From positions 4,650,001-4,714,000 of the forward strand of contig NEEC01000004.1 in assembly GCA_002189035.1 (NCBI GenBank): a stretch of 64,000 bases of DNA, read 5' to 3'. The DNA comes from Utricularia gibba. Taxonomy: Eukaryota > Plantae > Magnoliophyta. Made by a program: the position numbers and the translations under genes. The number at the start of each line of letters is the position of its first letter. The stretch's first letter is position 1. Shown here one piece after another: positions 32,833 to 45,763 of this stretch. The notes under the pieces were generated by a model. That model had not been told where the DNA came from. It ran no database searches and was given only the letters and a program-made list of their open reading frames with translations.

Positions 32833-35800
32833 ATGGAGAGTTTGCTGAGTGGCGCATGGAGGCTGTGGGGCTGCAAATGTCTTGCTGAGGAGCAAACCCA
32901 AAGACTTAAGGTCAGTTCCGATGAAACTATAGGACCGTGAAAGTTGACTCAGCCTCATTTTGTCTGTTTTTCTTGTTTCAAGATTATATGAAGCGAAACC
33001 CGCCGGTTAAAACTGTGAAAACTGAGTATAAAAGCATGTGAACTAACTAACCAGTTCTTATTGCTTTTTGTCTTCCTCTGAAAATGATATTGTGGTCGTA
33101 GAATGTAAAATGCACTCCTGTAAGTAAGTATCTTCTTCTGTTCTTTGATGATTTCAGGAGAAAGTCAGAGTTGCATACCTTGTATCCAGAGCTGCAGTTA
33201 AATTTGTACGAGGTATGATTCATCATGAGTTCCCTTCAGTCTGACGTCTTAAACTTTCTTTTCACTTTTCTTCTGATTATGTAACAAAAAATTACAGGCG
33301 GCAAAGTTGGAGGAGCTGCCTCCCGCATTAGTGCAGGCGCTTTAGCATCAATAGTCGAAGCCCGTGACATGGAAAGGCTTAATTTTCATGGAGGGGTGTA
33401 TGGTATTGGGAAAAAGCTTTCGACTGACTTCTCTAATGGCCTGTATATGGATGATGAAGCCATTAAAGAGAGACAGAAGGTTTATGGTGTCAATAAGTTT
33501 GAAGAATGTGTGGCTCGAACGTTTTGGGTGTTTGTTTGGGAATCTCTCAGTGATGCCACTCTCATGATTCTTGGCTTCTGTGCATTAATCTCCCTTATTA
33601 TCGGATTAGTGACTGAAGGATGGCCAAAGGGAGCACATGATGGACTTGGGATCATATTCAGCATCTTGCTGGTTGTGTTCGTCACTGCAACGAGTGATTA
33701 CCGCCAATCGATGCAATTCAGGGAGTTGGATAAGGAAAAGAAGAAGGTTAATGTTCAAGTAACAAGAAATGGATACAGACAGAGGATGTGTGTCTATGAT
33801 CTGTTGCCAGGAGACATTGTGCACCTTGGCGTTGGTGATCAAGTTCCAGCTGATGGTCTTTTCGTTTCTGGGTCGGGGCCAAGATCATCTCTTTCTGTTG
33901 ATGAATCTAGTTTAACCGGAGAAAGCGAGCTGGTGATGGTGAATGAAGAACACCCTTTTCTGCTTTCTGGAACGAAGGTGAAAGATGGCTGCTGCAAGAT
34001 GGTGGTTACTGCTGTTGGTATGAGGACGCAGTGGGGAAAACTAATGGCAACTCTGAGTGTAGGAGGGGAGGATGAGACGCCATTGCAGGTGAAGCTGCAT
34101 GGAGTTGCGACGGTCATCGGAAAGATTGGCCTCTGCTTCGCCGTGATCACGTTTTCTGTCATGATGAGGAGAATGGTGGTTGAGAAATGGCAGGGTGGGA
34201 CGATATTGATCTGGAGTGGAGAAGATGGTTTACGGTTGCTGGAATGCTTCGCCATCGCCGTGACCATCGTCGTCGTCGCCGTGCCGGAGGGACTGCCGTT
34301 AGCTGTGACCCTGAGCCTGGCGTTTGCAATGAAGAGGATGATGAAGGATAAAGCTCTGGTGCGGGAATTGGCGGCCTGTGAGACGATGGGATCTGCCACA
34401 ACCATCTGCAGCGACAAAACTGGAACTCTAACGACAAACCATATGTCAGTTGTGAAGTCTTGCATTGGTATGAAGGAGCTGCATCATCGGAGCAATGCCG
34501 CTTCTCCGGCGTCTGATCTTCCGCCGTCTCTGGTAAGAGTTCTGCTCCAGTCCATATTCTATAACACCAGCGGAGAAGTAGTGGTCACCGGAGATGGGAA
34601 ACATGAGATCCTGGGAACGCCAACTGAGACAGCTCTTTTGGAGTTTGGCCTTTCTCTTGGAGGTGATTTTCAGGCTGAACGGCGATCGTCCAAGGTCGTG
34701 AAAGTAGAACCGTTTAACTCGACGAAGAAGCAGATGGGAGTCGTATTGGAGCTTCCTGGAGGAGAACTGAGGGCACATACCAAAGGCGCCTCGGAGATCC
34801 TCTTAGCTGCTTGTGACAAGGTGATTGACTCCGGCGGCAGAGTCGTCCCCCTGACCGGTGATCATCGCCGGTACCTCGACGGCACTATCGAAAAATTTGC
34901 AAATCAGGCTCTTAGAACTCTCTGCCTTGCTTACAAAGAGCTTGACCAGGGATTCAGCACGGATGAGACTATCCCCTCATCAGGGTACACCTGCATTGCC
35001 ATTGTTGCCATTAAAGATCCGGTTCGCGCCGGTGTAAGAGAGGCGGTTGAACTATGCCGATCGGCCGGAGTAACTGTTCGGATGGTTACCGGAGACAATA
35101 TCAACACTGCTAAAGCCATTGCCAGGGAATGTGGGATACTCACTGAAGACGGTATCGCAATAGAAGGCCCAGCGTTCCGTGAGAAAAGCTTGAAGGAGAT
35201 GATCGAGCTGATTCCCAAGATTCAGGTAACTCACAACAGAAGGGTTCATTTAGTTCGCCATATGGTTAACTCACGATCCTCCTTTCTCCGTTCTCCCTCA
35301 GGTGATGGCTCGTTCTTCACCGCTTGACAAGCACACGCTAGTGAAGCATCTGAGAACCACATTTAACGAAGTTGTCGCCGTGACCGGCGACGGAACGAAC
35401 GATGCACCGGCGCTACACGAAGCCGACATCGGACTTGCCATGGGAATTGCAGGAACAGAGGTACTGAGAATAAGAATCCATCATCAATCCACCCCTGCAC
35501 CTTCCTTCTCTAACCTCACTATCTCTTTCATGGCTCTCAGGTCGCCAAGGAGAGCGCGGATGTGATCATCCTCGACGACAACTTCTCCACAATCGTCACC
35601 GTGGCCAGATGGGGACGCTCAGTATACATCAACATTCAAAAATTCGTTCAGTTCCAGTTGACAGTGAACATAGTTGCTCTCATGGTGAACTTCTCCTCAG
35701 CATGTTTATCTGGGAAACCTCCCCTTACCGCCGTTCAGCTCCTGTGGGTGAACATGATCATGGACACACTGGGAGCACTAGCACTCGCAACGGAACCCCC

Positions 35801-36385
35801 GAACGACAGCCAAATGAAGAAGCCTCCGGTCGGTCGGAACGGAGCATTCATCACCGGCATCATGTGGAGAAACATCTTAGGCCAATGCCTGTATCAGTTC
35901 CTCATCATAGGCCTCCTCCAAGCTTACGGGACAACCACTTTTGGACTTGAAAACCACCCTGATCCTGCCTTGCTCCTCAACACCATTCTCTTCAACACCT
36001 TCGTCTTCTGCCAGGTACTGTTACATTCCACATTCGCCATCGAATCATCAGATATAAACAGGTGACAGAAAACTGTGTTGCTGCTGTCTTTGCAGGTGTT
36101 CAATGAGGTTAACTCCAGGGACATGGAGAGGGTGAATGTGATCCAGGGATGTTTGGAAACAGAATCTTCATGGCTGTTCTTGGTGCAACAGTCTTGTTCC
36201 AGATTGTGATTGTTCAGCTTCTGGGAAGCTTTGCCAACACCACTCCACTTTCTCTTCTGCAATGGAGCCTCTGTCTGTTCCTTGGCTTCTTGGGGATGCC
36301 TGTGGCTGCTCTTTTGAAACTCATTACCCCTTTCCGAATTCCGAGGCCAGGCCCAATTTTATTTTGGCTCAATGGTTGGGCTTAG
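32833..36385 (+). CDS. ACA: Autoinhibited-type P2B Ca2+-ATPase (ACA1/2/7 clade) with a shortened first exon; alternative in-frame ATG at 32764
   Basis: Exons 32833-32910, 33158-33212, 33298-35225, 35302-35460, 35541-36014, 36096-36385; [41 protein letters not shown]. Exon 1 is inferred from MESL plus a phase-0 AAG|gtcagt donor. Confidence 0.93.
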
Positions 36386-38356
36386 TAACGGGCCCAATTT
36401 CCCAGACTGTGCTCGTGAGTTCAATCTTCGTCGGAATGCTTAGGTTTTTGATCCAGCGGACGGCTGATGTGTGTACGCAGCAGGAGGATCTGAATCGGAG
36501 GAAGATTCTGGTTTCTGTTTCAAGTTTTATAGGAGTAAATGGAACCCTGACTGGGCGAGATTTTAATATTTTTGGGATTTTGGAGACAGAGGAGGGACCG
36601 GAGGAGTTGAAAGCATTAACGTGTGGATTGCGATGTGTCTAGAAGCAGAGAGAGGATGATAAGAACGAAAGTGAGAACGTGGTGTCATGGTTTGTCCGCC
36701 TGGTCCAAGACCAAAAAAATCCACTAGTTTTTTTCTTCTGCTTCCAGACAAGCGATAGCAGTACCACTTTTGTTTATCTTTTTTTCTTTTGTTTTCGCTC
36801 TGCGCGGTAAAGCTTGAAGGCGTCTTCTGCGTTCTGGGTCTGCATGTATACATACTATCAGGGCTTCCTTTTCTTTTTGGTGGTTTTAGAGAAAAAGTAT
36901 TATAAACAAATGGATCTTTATGGAGTTTCGTGATTTATCATTTTTGTCATGATCACCCTCTTCTGTTGAGTTTCGAATTTCGATACTTCTCTGCTTTTCT
37001 TTAGTCGAGAATGTTGATTTCTGATTTGTTCCCTTGATTGGGGGAAAAAGGTATGGCTGCTATGCTGCGCCACATTCATTGAAGTAGGGGAGAAAGAGAT
37101 GGATGAGGGGAAGCCATTCGTTCTCCCATAAAAGGAATTATGCCATGGGGGAAAATTCCAAACAGAAGAAATGGGGAAGGGAATATAAAGTGAAGCTTTT
37201 GTTTATGATAAAGGGAGCAATAGTGTCAGCTTGGCGTGCTAAACACCGTGGGTGCCTGGTGTTTTTATTGCCTGGTGTTTTTATTGACTGAAGGGTCCCA
37301 TATTCCACAATGAAGATGAAAGGCAGAAAAAAGTGGAGATTTTTTTACGTGGATCCTACTTTTCGCGATCTATGTATTATTTATTTAAAGATTTTACATG
37401 CGAAAATGACGATCTTGAATCATAGTATGAAAAGCAGAGAATATGGACGGTGGAGCCAGAGGTATTGGTGGTGGGACGCTTTGTTGTAAATCTGAAGAGA
37501 TGGATGATAGTGATAAATTCTGAAACTGGGTCCTTTTACAACATTGTGTTGTGGAGGGACAGCTCTTCTTTAATGGCTTTTTTTCGCGTTTTCTGCTGGC
37601 TAATACCTTACCATGAATTTTATGGTGGGGTTCTCTTTATTTCCCATTGATTCGTGGCGAACTCCATGATCTCACACTGTGCCCTTTATCTCGCACTTTC
37701 TTGTCTTCAGTTTCTTCGTTTCTTTAATGGCGAAGACGAGCTCTTTCTAATTTTTTGTCGATGTGGGTAATGTAGTTTTTTGTTGAAAAGGTGGATTAGA
37801 TTTCTCGAACAACCTTTCTTTGGTTTTCTGCGCGTTCTTTCTTGGGGTTTCGATCTGAATCTGCTAACTCAAGAGCTTCACCATCTTTTGGTACCATTAT
37901 GTGCATCGATACGTTTCTAATCAGACGTTTTTCTCCATGGTCATGCAAGGAGAACACTTTTTATTGGCTGGAACATTGTCAGTTTGATTACCTGAAAAGA
38001 TTTTTCTGATATTTTAGAGCTTCTTTAGTCACTGAATGTTTAATGTTCTCAGTCAATTCCTCTTGTCTGTGGTTTTGGTGGTCCTCCTCTCATACCTGTA
38101 TTATGTTGGCTTTGACAGGTCTCTCCAACGTCGTTGGTTGCTGAAATATTGCCACTGAATAGCGACTGTTGGTCCTGATCTCTGAACTAAGGATCTGAAA
38201 TCTTTTACCCTTTGTTTTTCTCGATTAGCAAATCCCTCAAGAAATCACTGCGGGTAGCCTTTCAAGATCAGGCCACGTTTTCATTTATAAGAACATCTTT
38301 TCTTCTGCTTCTGCTGCTGCCGGAAAACAGCAGCTGGGAGGCAACACCTTTGAAAA

Positions 38357-40422
38357 ATGAAGTTTATGAAGCTTGGATCAAAGCCTGATCAGTTCCAGTC
38401 TGATGGGGAAAACATCAGGTAAGCTGCTTTCCTTTTCTTGTGCAAGACGGACGCTTTTTCTGTTGCGAATTCAGAGTGAATTCAACCTTCGTTAGTAAAT
38501 TGCAGTCTGTATTCTCACAGGTACGTCGCGACTGAACTGGGATCCGACATCATTATCATTGTCGGGGATGCCAAGTTTTATGTTCACAAGGTTTGCTTCG
38601 TTTACACCTTGAGCCATTCATATCTTTTTGCAAGTTAATTAACAGCATTTCATATCTGCAGTTTCCTCTTCTCTCCAAGTGTTCTCTGCTTCAGAAGCTT
38701 GTTGCAGAGTCAAGTGACGATGAGATAAACGTGAGCACCATCCCCGGCGGACCTGCAGCATTTGAAATATGCGCCAAGTTTTGCTACGGCATGATGGTGA
38801 CACTCAACGCATACAATGTCGTACTAGCGCGGTGTGCTGCTGAGTTTCTGGGAATGCACGAGAATGTGGAGAAGGGAAATCTGATATACAAAGTTGACGT
38901 TTTTCTGAGCTCCGGTATCTTCCGGAGCTGGAAGGATTCCATAATCGCGCTCCAAACAACCAGATCCTTAGTTCCCTGGTCGCAGGAGTTGAAGATCATC
39001 AGTCGTTGCGTGGAGTCTATAGCTTCAAAGGCCATAACAGAGCCTTCTAAAGTTGAATGGTCGTACACTTACAACCGCAGAAAGCTCCTCTCTGAGATTA
39101 GGGATGATTCTCAATGGAATGGTGTTATGAAGCAACATGTTGTTCCAAAGATTGGTGGGTGGAAGACCTCTGTGAACTTCCAATAGAACTGTATACAGAA
39201 GTCATCAAAGCCATACGAGCTACAGGGATCCTTGCTCCTGATGTCATTGGAGAATCTGTGATGGCTTATGCCTCGAGAAAGCTTCCAAGCTTGGGCCATG
39301 GAACGATACAAGGAGGTGATGTTGAGAAATTACGGTATTTGGTGGATACAATCTCACACTTGTTGCCTAAAGAGAAGCGCTCTGTGCCTTGTGGTTTCCT
39401 GCTTAGTTTATTGCATTCATCAATCATCTTAGATTGCAAGGAGACGGCAAGGAAGGAGCTTATGCAGTGTATATCAAGACAACTTGAGGATGCAACCGTT
39501 TCTGATCTTCTGTTTTCTTCACCAAATGGTGAAATGGCACTCTACAACATAGATGTTTTACATGAATTGGTTCACATGTTTGTGATCCGAGCATGCGCGG
39601 CGGCGGAATCACCGGATGATCCCAAATCCAGTGATGCTTCGAAGACCAAGGTGGCTAGGCTGGTGGATGATTACCTGGCTGAAGCTGCGCGGGATCCCTT
39701 GTTGTCTTCATCCCAGTTCATCAATCTAGCTGAAATGGTTTCTGGGTTCCCGAGATCCAGCCATGATGCCATCTACCGAGCCATTGACATGTACTTGAAG
39801 GTGAGTATTGTATATCATCAGTGTGCCTGGATCTTGAGTTGTTGTTCTTCTCTGCTTTCAGCTAGCCTTGAACTGTGTTTTGTCCTGCAAACAGGAACAC
39901 CCCGATTTGTCTAAGAACGAGAAACGGAGAATCTGCCAGTTAATGGATTGCCAGAAGCTATCCGCAGCAGCATGCGCACACGCCGTCCAAAACGACAGAC
40001 TACCCCTGCGTGTGGTGGTTCAAGTTCTTTTCTTTCACCAAGCACAGTCAGGTGCAGCCAACAGTGGACAGGCTCCTGGTATTCCAGGCTTGCGTCCACA
40101 AGGTTCTTATGGGAGCTCACGGTCTGCAACTACCAACTCTGATGAGGATTGGGATGCTGATCAAGCATCCGATGATGTAAAAGAGCAAAGGCAGGACAAA
40201 ACCACAAGTGATTCCAGATCGTCAAGTGGTGAAAAGGCATCCAGGAAGAAAGTGAAGAAGATCTTCTCTCGACTCTGGTCGAACAAAGAGCGAACCGAGC
40301 ACAGCGGCTCCGATACATCCGATAGTCCAGCTTCTACAAGTGCAGAGGAAACAAAGGAGATGATTAAAGCAGCAGGGCAGATTGCAAACCAAATGCAGAA
40401 TAAACTGCAGTTGACAAGGTAG
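38357..40422 (+). CDS. NPY: BTB/POZ-NPH3 protein of the NPY/MEL clade, 4 exons
   Basis: [84 protein letters not shown]. One-base frameshift at 39147-39150. Confidence 0.93.
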
Positions 40423-40821
40423 TGGTGGTTAGGAATTGAGATTTCAGTTGTTGATCTGCATATCTCTTTGATCCAGTAGTAGAATGCTGAAAGCAGCCAT
40501 GTTTATCCTTCAGCAAGTAATCATAAGAGCCCTTTCAAGACAATCTTTTTGTTTTGTATAATGATCTGATGGTATAAACTCTGCATATACAATCCAAACT
40601 ATATTTAAACCTCCAATAGGCTTCTGGTAAAACTTTGTGTAGTTGTGGAGTAATCTCCCATTGAGCATGGTCGCTTGAGTTGTGAATCTACTTTTGCTGA
40701 TCAAATGCCTGCAGAAACGACTTGGGGGGAATGCATTGCAGAAAGGGGCCCTTTGGTTGGAATACCATGAAGTAGATAGCAAGTTCATTGTTATCTTATT
40801 CCAGAAACGAATCTTTAGCCA

Positions 40822-42742
40822 TTACTGCATCTCCGTTGCAGCAGGGTTTTTGGTAGTGGGCAAGTTGCCATCGTAACTGCATTGTGGGAGGCCTACGTTC
40901 CTCACAACTCTTGCTCCGGTGGGCACATTTCCTGGTTTCGGTCTTATATCCTGCACAAACATGTATACTTTTGTGACATTCTATCTGATCATTGTATGTC
41001 AAATGATAATTGCAGTCACCATCAAGGAACCTGATCGAATATGGAAAGAGGGACAGCAAGGGTGGCGACGGCATTGGGAGAATCCACGATCCCTGAGATC
41101 CTTCCTTCACAAGGGCAGCAAGAAAGGAGGAGATATACCTGAAGCAGGTAGATGAATTGGTATAGTTATCATCAAATAGCCTTGGTGAGAACTGAGCAAA
41201 AATAGTTATTTTCATGGGAGCAAGGAGCTGGGACCTGCTCTTTAGAGTAACCGAATCGAGAAATGTAGTCTACTGCATTGAGAACTGCACGCTTATAAGC
41301 AATGCTGGCATCAAGGAAATGCTGCCTACCGGCTTCATCAACACTGATGCCTTCGAATACTAGCCACTCGGAGAATCTCGGCTCAACAGGGCCGATCTCG
41401 AACACTGGATTGACATGAAGGCGAGTTGGACCCATTGGTGTGAGATACTTCGTCATGCCATCCCTGATTATATCACACCTGATGACATTGCACTCAGTTC
41501 ACCTGGAGTTTAAAGAGTCACTGCTTGATGATGAATGATGTTTTATGGTTAAACTCACTTGAGCTCCAGGAAGCCGCTCATCTCTATGGCACCGCAGAAT
41601 GCAACTTCGCCGTCTCCTTGTGAAAAGTGCATATCTCCAGTGCTCAGGTTTGCTCCTTCTACGAACACAGGGAGGTACACTTTTGAACCTCTGCTAAGAT
41701 TCTTGATGTCACAGTTCCCCCCATTTTCTCTTCCAGGGATTGTTCTAGCAGCCTCCCTCGCAATTCTCTCCCACTCTGGGGTTCCTTCCTTGATCTTACA
41801 CCATAAAACAGGTTCAAAATTTTCATTTTGATAAAAAGATCTGCATTGTCATAAGTTCTTGCGCTTCTTACCTTGCCAAGGAGGCAGCCCTTGGGCGTGG
41901 GAAGATTCGCCAGCGGCCGCGTATGCAAAACCTCACACAGTTTCAGGGATTGCAGACCAGACTCCACAAGGTCCCCTTCCCTGTCATTCCATATCTTCAG
42001 CAGCTCCAATGAAGGAGCAGTTCCGATGATCCCAGGATGTGTTAGACCGGGAAACCTCACCCCTGGTGCTTATCATGTGATGATCAACTAGCTGAAACAG
42101 TGCTAGTACAACTGACTGGAGAACAAACTAGGGAGCGTACCAGGAATATGTCGAGAGTAAGCATATATTCCTTCAAAATACCATATAGCTTTAGCTGCAT
42201 TAGGGAAGTGATCCGTCAGGAATCCACCGCCGTTCTCCCTGTCAAAAATCGCAGTGAACCCCCACTCATCTCCTGGCAGAGGACCCAAATTCAGTATCTC
42301 AACAACAAGAAGATCTCCAGGCTTCGCTGAAACTCCATCTGCATCCACCACTCTGATAGGTCCACTCAGATAATGAACCTAGGGTTAAAAATACGAGAGT
42401 AAGTTGGTTTCTCTACCAAAACTTTCGCCAAAAGAAGCATCAAGAATCCTAATCTCCCTCCACTCATGTTTTACATAGACTAGATGCAAAATACGCTTGA
42501 ACACAGAATGAACTTTCACTACTCACTCCTGACAAGTCAACTTCCTTCACATCTAATGCAGAATTATTATCAGAAATTGCCCCTCCTGTCCAGTCAACCA
42601 TCTCCACCCGAAACAGCTCGCCGGTTTTGACCTCTGCCACCGGAGGTATCTCCGGGTGCCATCGATTATGCATAGGCAGCTTCTGTTCCCATGGCTTCTT
42701 CTTCACATCCACAGACACCACCAGGGATGGAGTTGGAGCCAT
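40822..42742 (-). CDS. Acetamidase/formamidase family protein (FmdA/AmdA; family of the Arabidopsis IAM hydrolases)
   Basis: HNRWHPEIPPVA, VHYLSGPI, GGFLTDHFP, FPGLTHPGIIGTAPS, ENGGNCDIKNL, GDMHFSQGDGE, LSCCPCEGRISGIVD; TAA at 40822-40824; splice phases are consistent. Confidence 0.95.
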
Positions 42743-43057
42743 TCTTAAGCAGCAGGTAAATGAAATTCTTACCTCACACTGTTTTTTCTTCTTCTTCTGT
42801 GATGTGAACTTCCGGAATGGGCTGGGCCGCTGGCTTAAGGCATTATGGACATTAATGGGCTCCGTTTTGGGCTGGAGATATTGGAATTTGTAGCTACTTA
42901 TTTCTTTTCTAAATCGAAGCGTTGTTTTCACGCAGTTTTTTTTTTTTTTTTGTAGTGTTGACTTCAGCTGTACGGTTTCTCTTTAGTCTTCCATTTTAAA
43001 GAAAGCGAATCGCTTCCGTGCAGTACAGGAAACGATTTTCCTTTCAAGCGGTAGGTG
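42743..43057. promoter_or_regulatory. Compact divergent promoter region between formamidase and SCE1
   Basis: 315 bp between the two ATGs, with four TGGGCY site II motifs (42818, 42823, 42856, 42868). Confidence 0.7.
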
Positions 43058-44578
43058 ATGTCTGGTGGAATTGCACGGGGAAGGCTAGCAGAAGAACGGA
43101 AATCGTGGCGGAAGAATCATCCGCATGTTGGATTTATCATTCTCGTTGTGTTTTTTTGGTCTTTTTGGAGTTAATCGTTGACTTCTATGTTGCGCTGTCT
43201 TTCTTTGTATTGAATGAAGTGATTGCTATTTGAGTAGAATGATGTTTTCTGAAATTTGTTTTAGGGTTTCGTGGCGAAACCTGAAACTCTTGCTGATGGT
43301 TCTGTGAACTTACTGGTGTGGCATTGCACGATTCCGGGCAAGGCTGGGGTGAGTTCCCTAATTTTTGCAGGATTTTGGCTTTATAGTAATTCGTTTCTTT
43401 TTTTTGTGGTATGAAGCTAGGCAGATGAACGTTTCTGGTTGGATTCAGAAGCATCCTTTGCACTTTTTAAAGTTTTGTTCTTGTGATAATTTCAGTAATT
43501 AGTGATCATGCTTTTCTGTCCTGTGCTTTTAACAGTGTGAATGCCCACTTGTGTTCCTGCTGGCATTCTGCCCCCCTTTTGGTTTAAAATATGTTGGCCT
43601 CCTTATACATCTCACTTCGGCCTTCTTACTGGGCCTCCTTTAAAACTAGTGTCGGTTAGCTTGCAAGAGATTTGGAAGTGGCATTAAAAGCCTTTGCTAT
43701 TAGACATATGACAGCGTTGTTCATCCTGGTAACCAGGTGTATGGCCTCACTGCATGTGTAATCTTGAAGAGAGAACGGGGTTTTCTCTTCTTATGGGCGC
43801 ATTATTTTTTATGGTTATCTTGGAGAATGTGGCTTGCGCTTCGTTTCTCATCATACGCTGGTTGCCTATCAAGTGTGTCATGTACTCTGTTAGATGTGAT
43901 CAGTTGGGCCAGAATGTTTTACTAATCATGCTTTTCAGACTGATTGGGAAGGTGGGTTTTACCCTCTTACGATGCACTTCAGTGATGATTATCCAAGCAA
44001 GCCACCAAAGTGCAAATTCCCACCAAATTTCTTCCATCCGAACGTGTATCCTTCTGGTACTGTCTGCCTCTCGATTCTCAACGAGGACAGCGTAAGCCCA
44101 CTCTCCGTTGCATCCTGTTCCAGTTCCATCCTCCAATTTTCTGCAATGATGGTTTAACTCCGGCTGTGTAAATTTCCAGGGTTGGAGGCCGGCCATCACA
44201 GTGAAGCAAATATTGGTTGGCATACAAGATCTACTAGATCAACCTAACCCTTCTGACCCAGCCCAAACCGATGGCTATCACATGTTCATCCAGGTACTCG
44301 TTCCTTAGCAACAAAAACTCATTTAAATCTTGAATGATGAGACACGCCAACCACCACCCCTCTCCCCCCAATTACCCACAGTCATCATGTTTCCTGCGGC
44401 CCGTAATCATGATCGGATATCCCCATCTTTTGCCTTTTCCCAGAAATACTTCAGTCAAGCAATTTTCTGAAAAGCGCATGGTGGTGTTTGACTCCAGTGG
44501 TTAACCCATTTGCAGGATCCAGCAGAATACAAGAAGAGGGTTCAGCAACAGGCCAAGCAGTACCCTCCACTCATATGA
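43058..44578 (+). CDS. SCE1: SUMO-conjugating enzyme E2 (Ubc9), 5 exons
   Basis: [81 protein letters not shown]; TGA at 44576-44578. Confidence 0.97.
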
Positions 44579-45231
44579 GTTACCCTCGCCCTCTTCTCTC
44601 TCCAGGGAATTCACCTCGAAGTAAAAGCAAGAAAACAAAAAAGAGAAAGGAAGCTGCCTGTGGGAGCAGAACTAGCAGTTGCCTCTGGCATATGGACGGT
44701 CTATTTAGGTTTTTTACCTTGCTGCTCCCCCCCTGGTAAATTCATGTTACTACTGCAAGTACTTCTACTCCTATCATCACCCACTTTCTTATTTGAATGG
44801 ATATGCTCAAGACAGGTCACATCACAACCCGAACTAATCCCAAGACTCTCGGTACTCGTTCATTTGTGTGGCGGCCCTGGCTTTCTCGCTCCACCATTCC
44901 CACCCTTGCTTTTGAGTTCATATGGTCTTCACCTGTCCTGGCTCCGGCCACTCTGGCATTCATTGATGAAACAGCCTGATTCTTTCCCTGGGGGAGAAAG
45001 TCATGGCGCATTAAATGCTTCCTGCCTGCCCTGCTCTCCCTCCTTGCAGCATTCGCGGTTAGTTTCCCTTTCTTTTCGGGTACACCAACTGTCGCATAGA
45101 AATTTCCGACCATTCCTCAAGGGAAGAGATGTTAATCAGAGTCAAGGGGGGGCGTTGACGTCTGTACACACTGTAAATGACACCATTAGCCAAACCAAAT
45201 CCCCATCTAAAGCTTTTCTGGGTCGGGTCGG

Positions 45232-45586
45232 GTCGGTCGCTGCTTTATTGGATTGGGGGTGGGGGTCAACGGTCTCCACCGACCCACCGACTCGTTTTGT
45301 TTGTGTTGTTTTTAGTGGTAAACTAATGCAAGGATTCCCATTGCGTGTCAATAATGGGGGACTCCGCGTGGTGACTCTTGCTGTTGGGTGGTGTACCAAA
45401 TGCGATCCTGATGAGATGAAGAATCCCATAAATCCGGCCCCCGGTCTCCTCTTTTGGCGTTTGTCGAGTGGGGGAGCGGGGACATGGCGGCGAAGACGAT
45501 GGGGCTGGAAAACAGAGTAAATAGCAGAGGCTGAACGGCGAGAGGGAGAGGGAGAGAGAAGTTCGTGTCTGTGGTGGCGTGTCGGT
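45232..45586. promoter_or_regulatory. Cluster of four DRE/CRT cores (ACCGAC) upstream of the DREB A-5 gene
   Basis: ACCGAC at 45278 and 45286 (plus strand) and GTCGGT at 45232 and 45581 (minus strand). Confidence 0.6.
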
Positions 45587-45763
45587 GGGTTTTGGAAGTT
45601 ATAGTTTGTACTCTGGTTTTTTTGTTTATTTCTCCAGCTTGAGGAGCAACTGGGTTTTTGATATTGATCTGATCCGGGTCTGGGTGCTGGATTGATTGTC
45701 TCGTTTATAATATATCCTAGTGGTGTGAGGAGGGTGGGTGTTTTTGTTGAAGACTCCGAGGGG

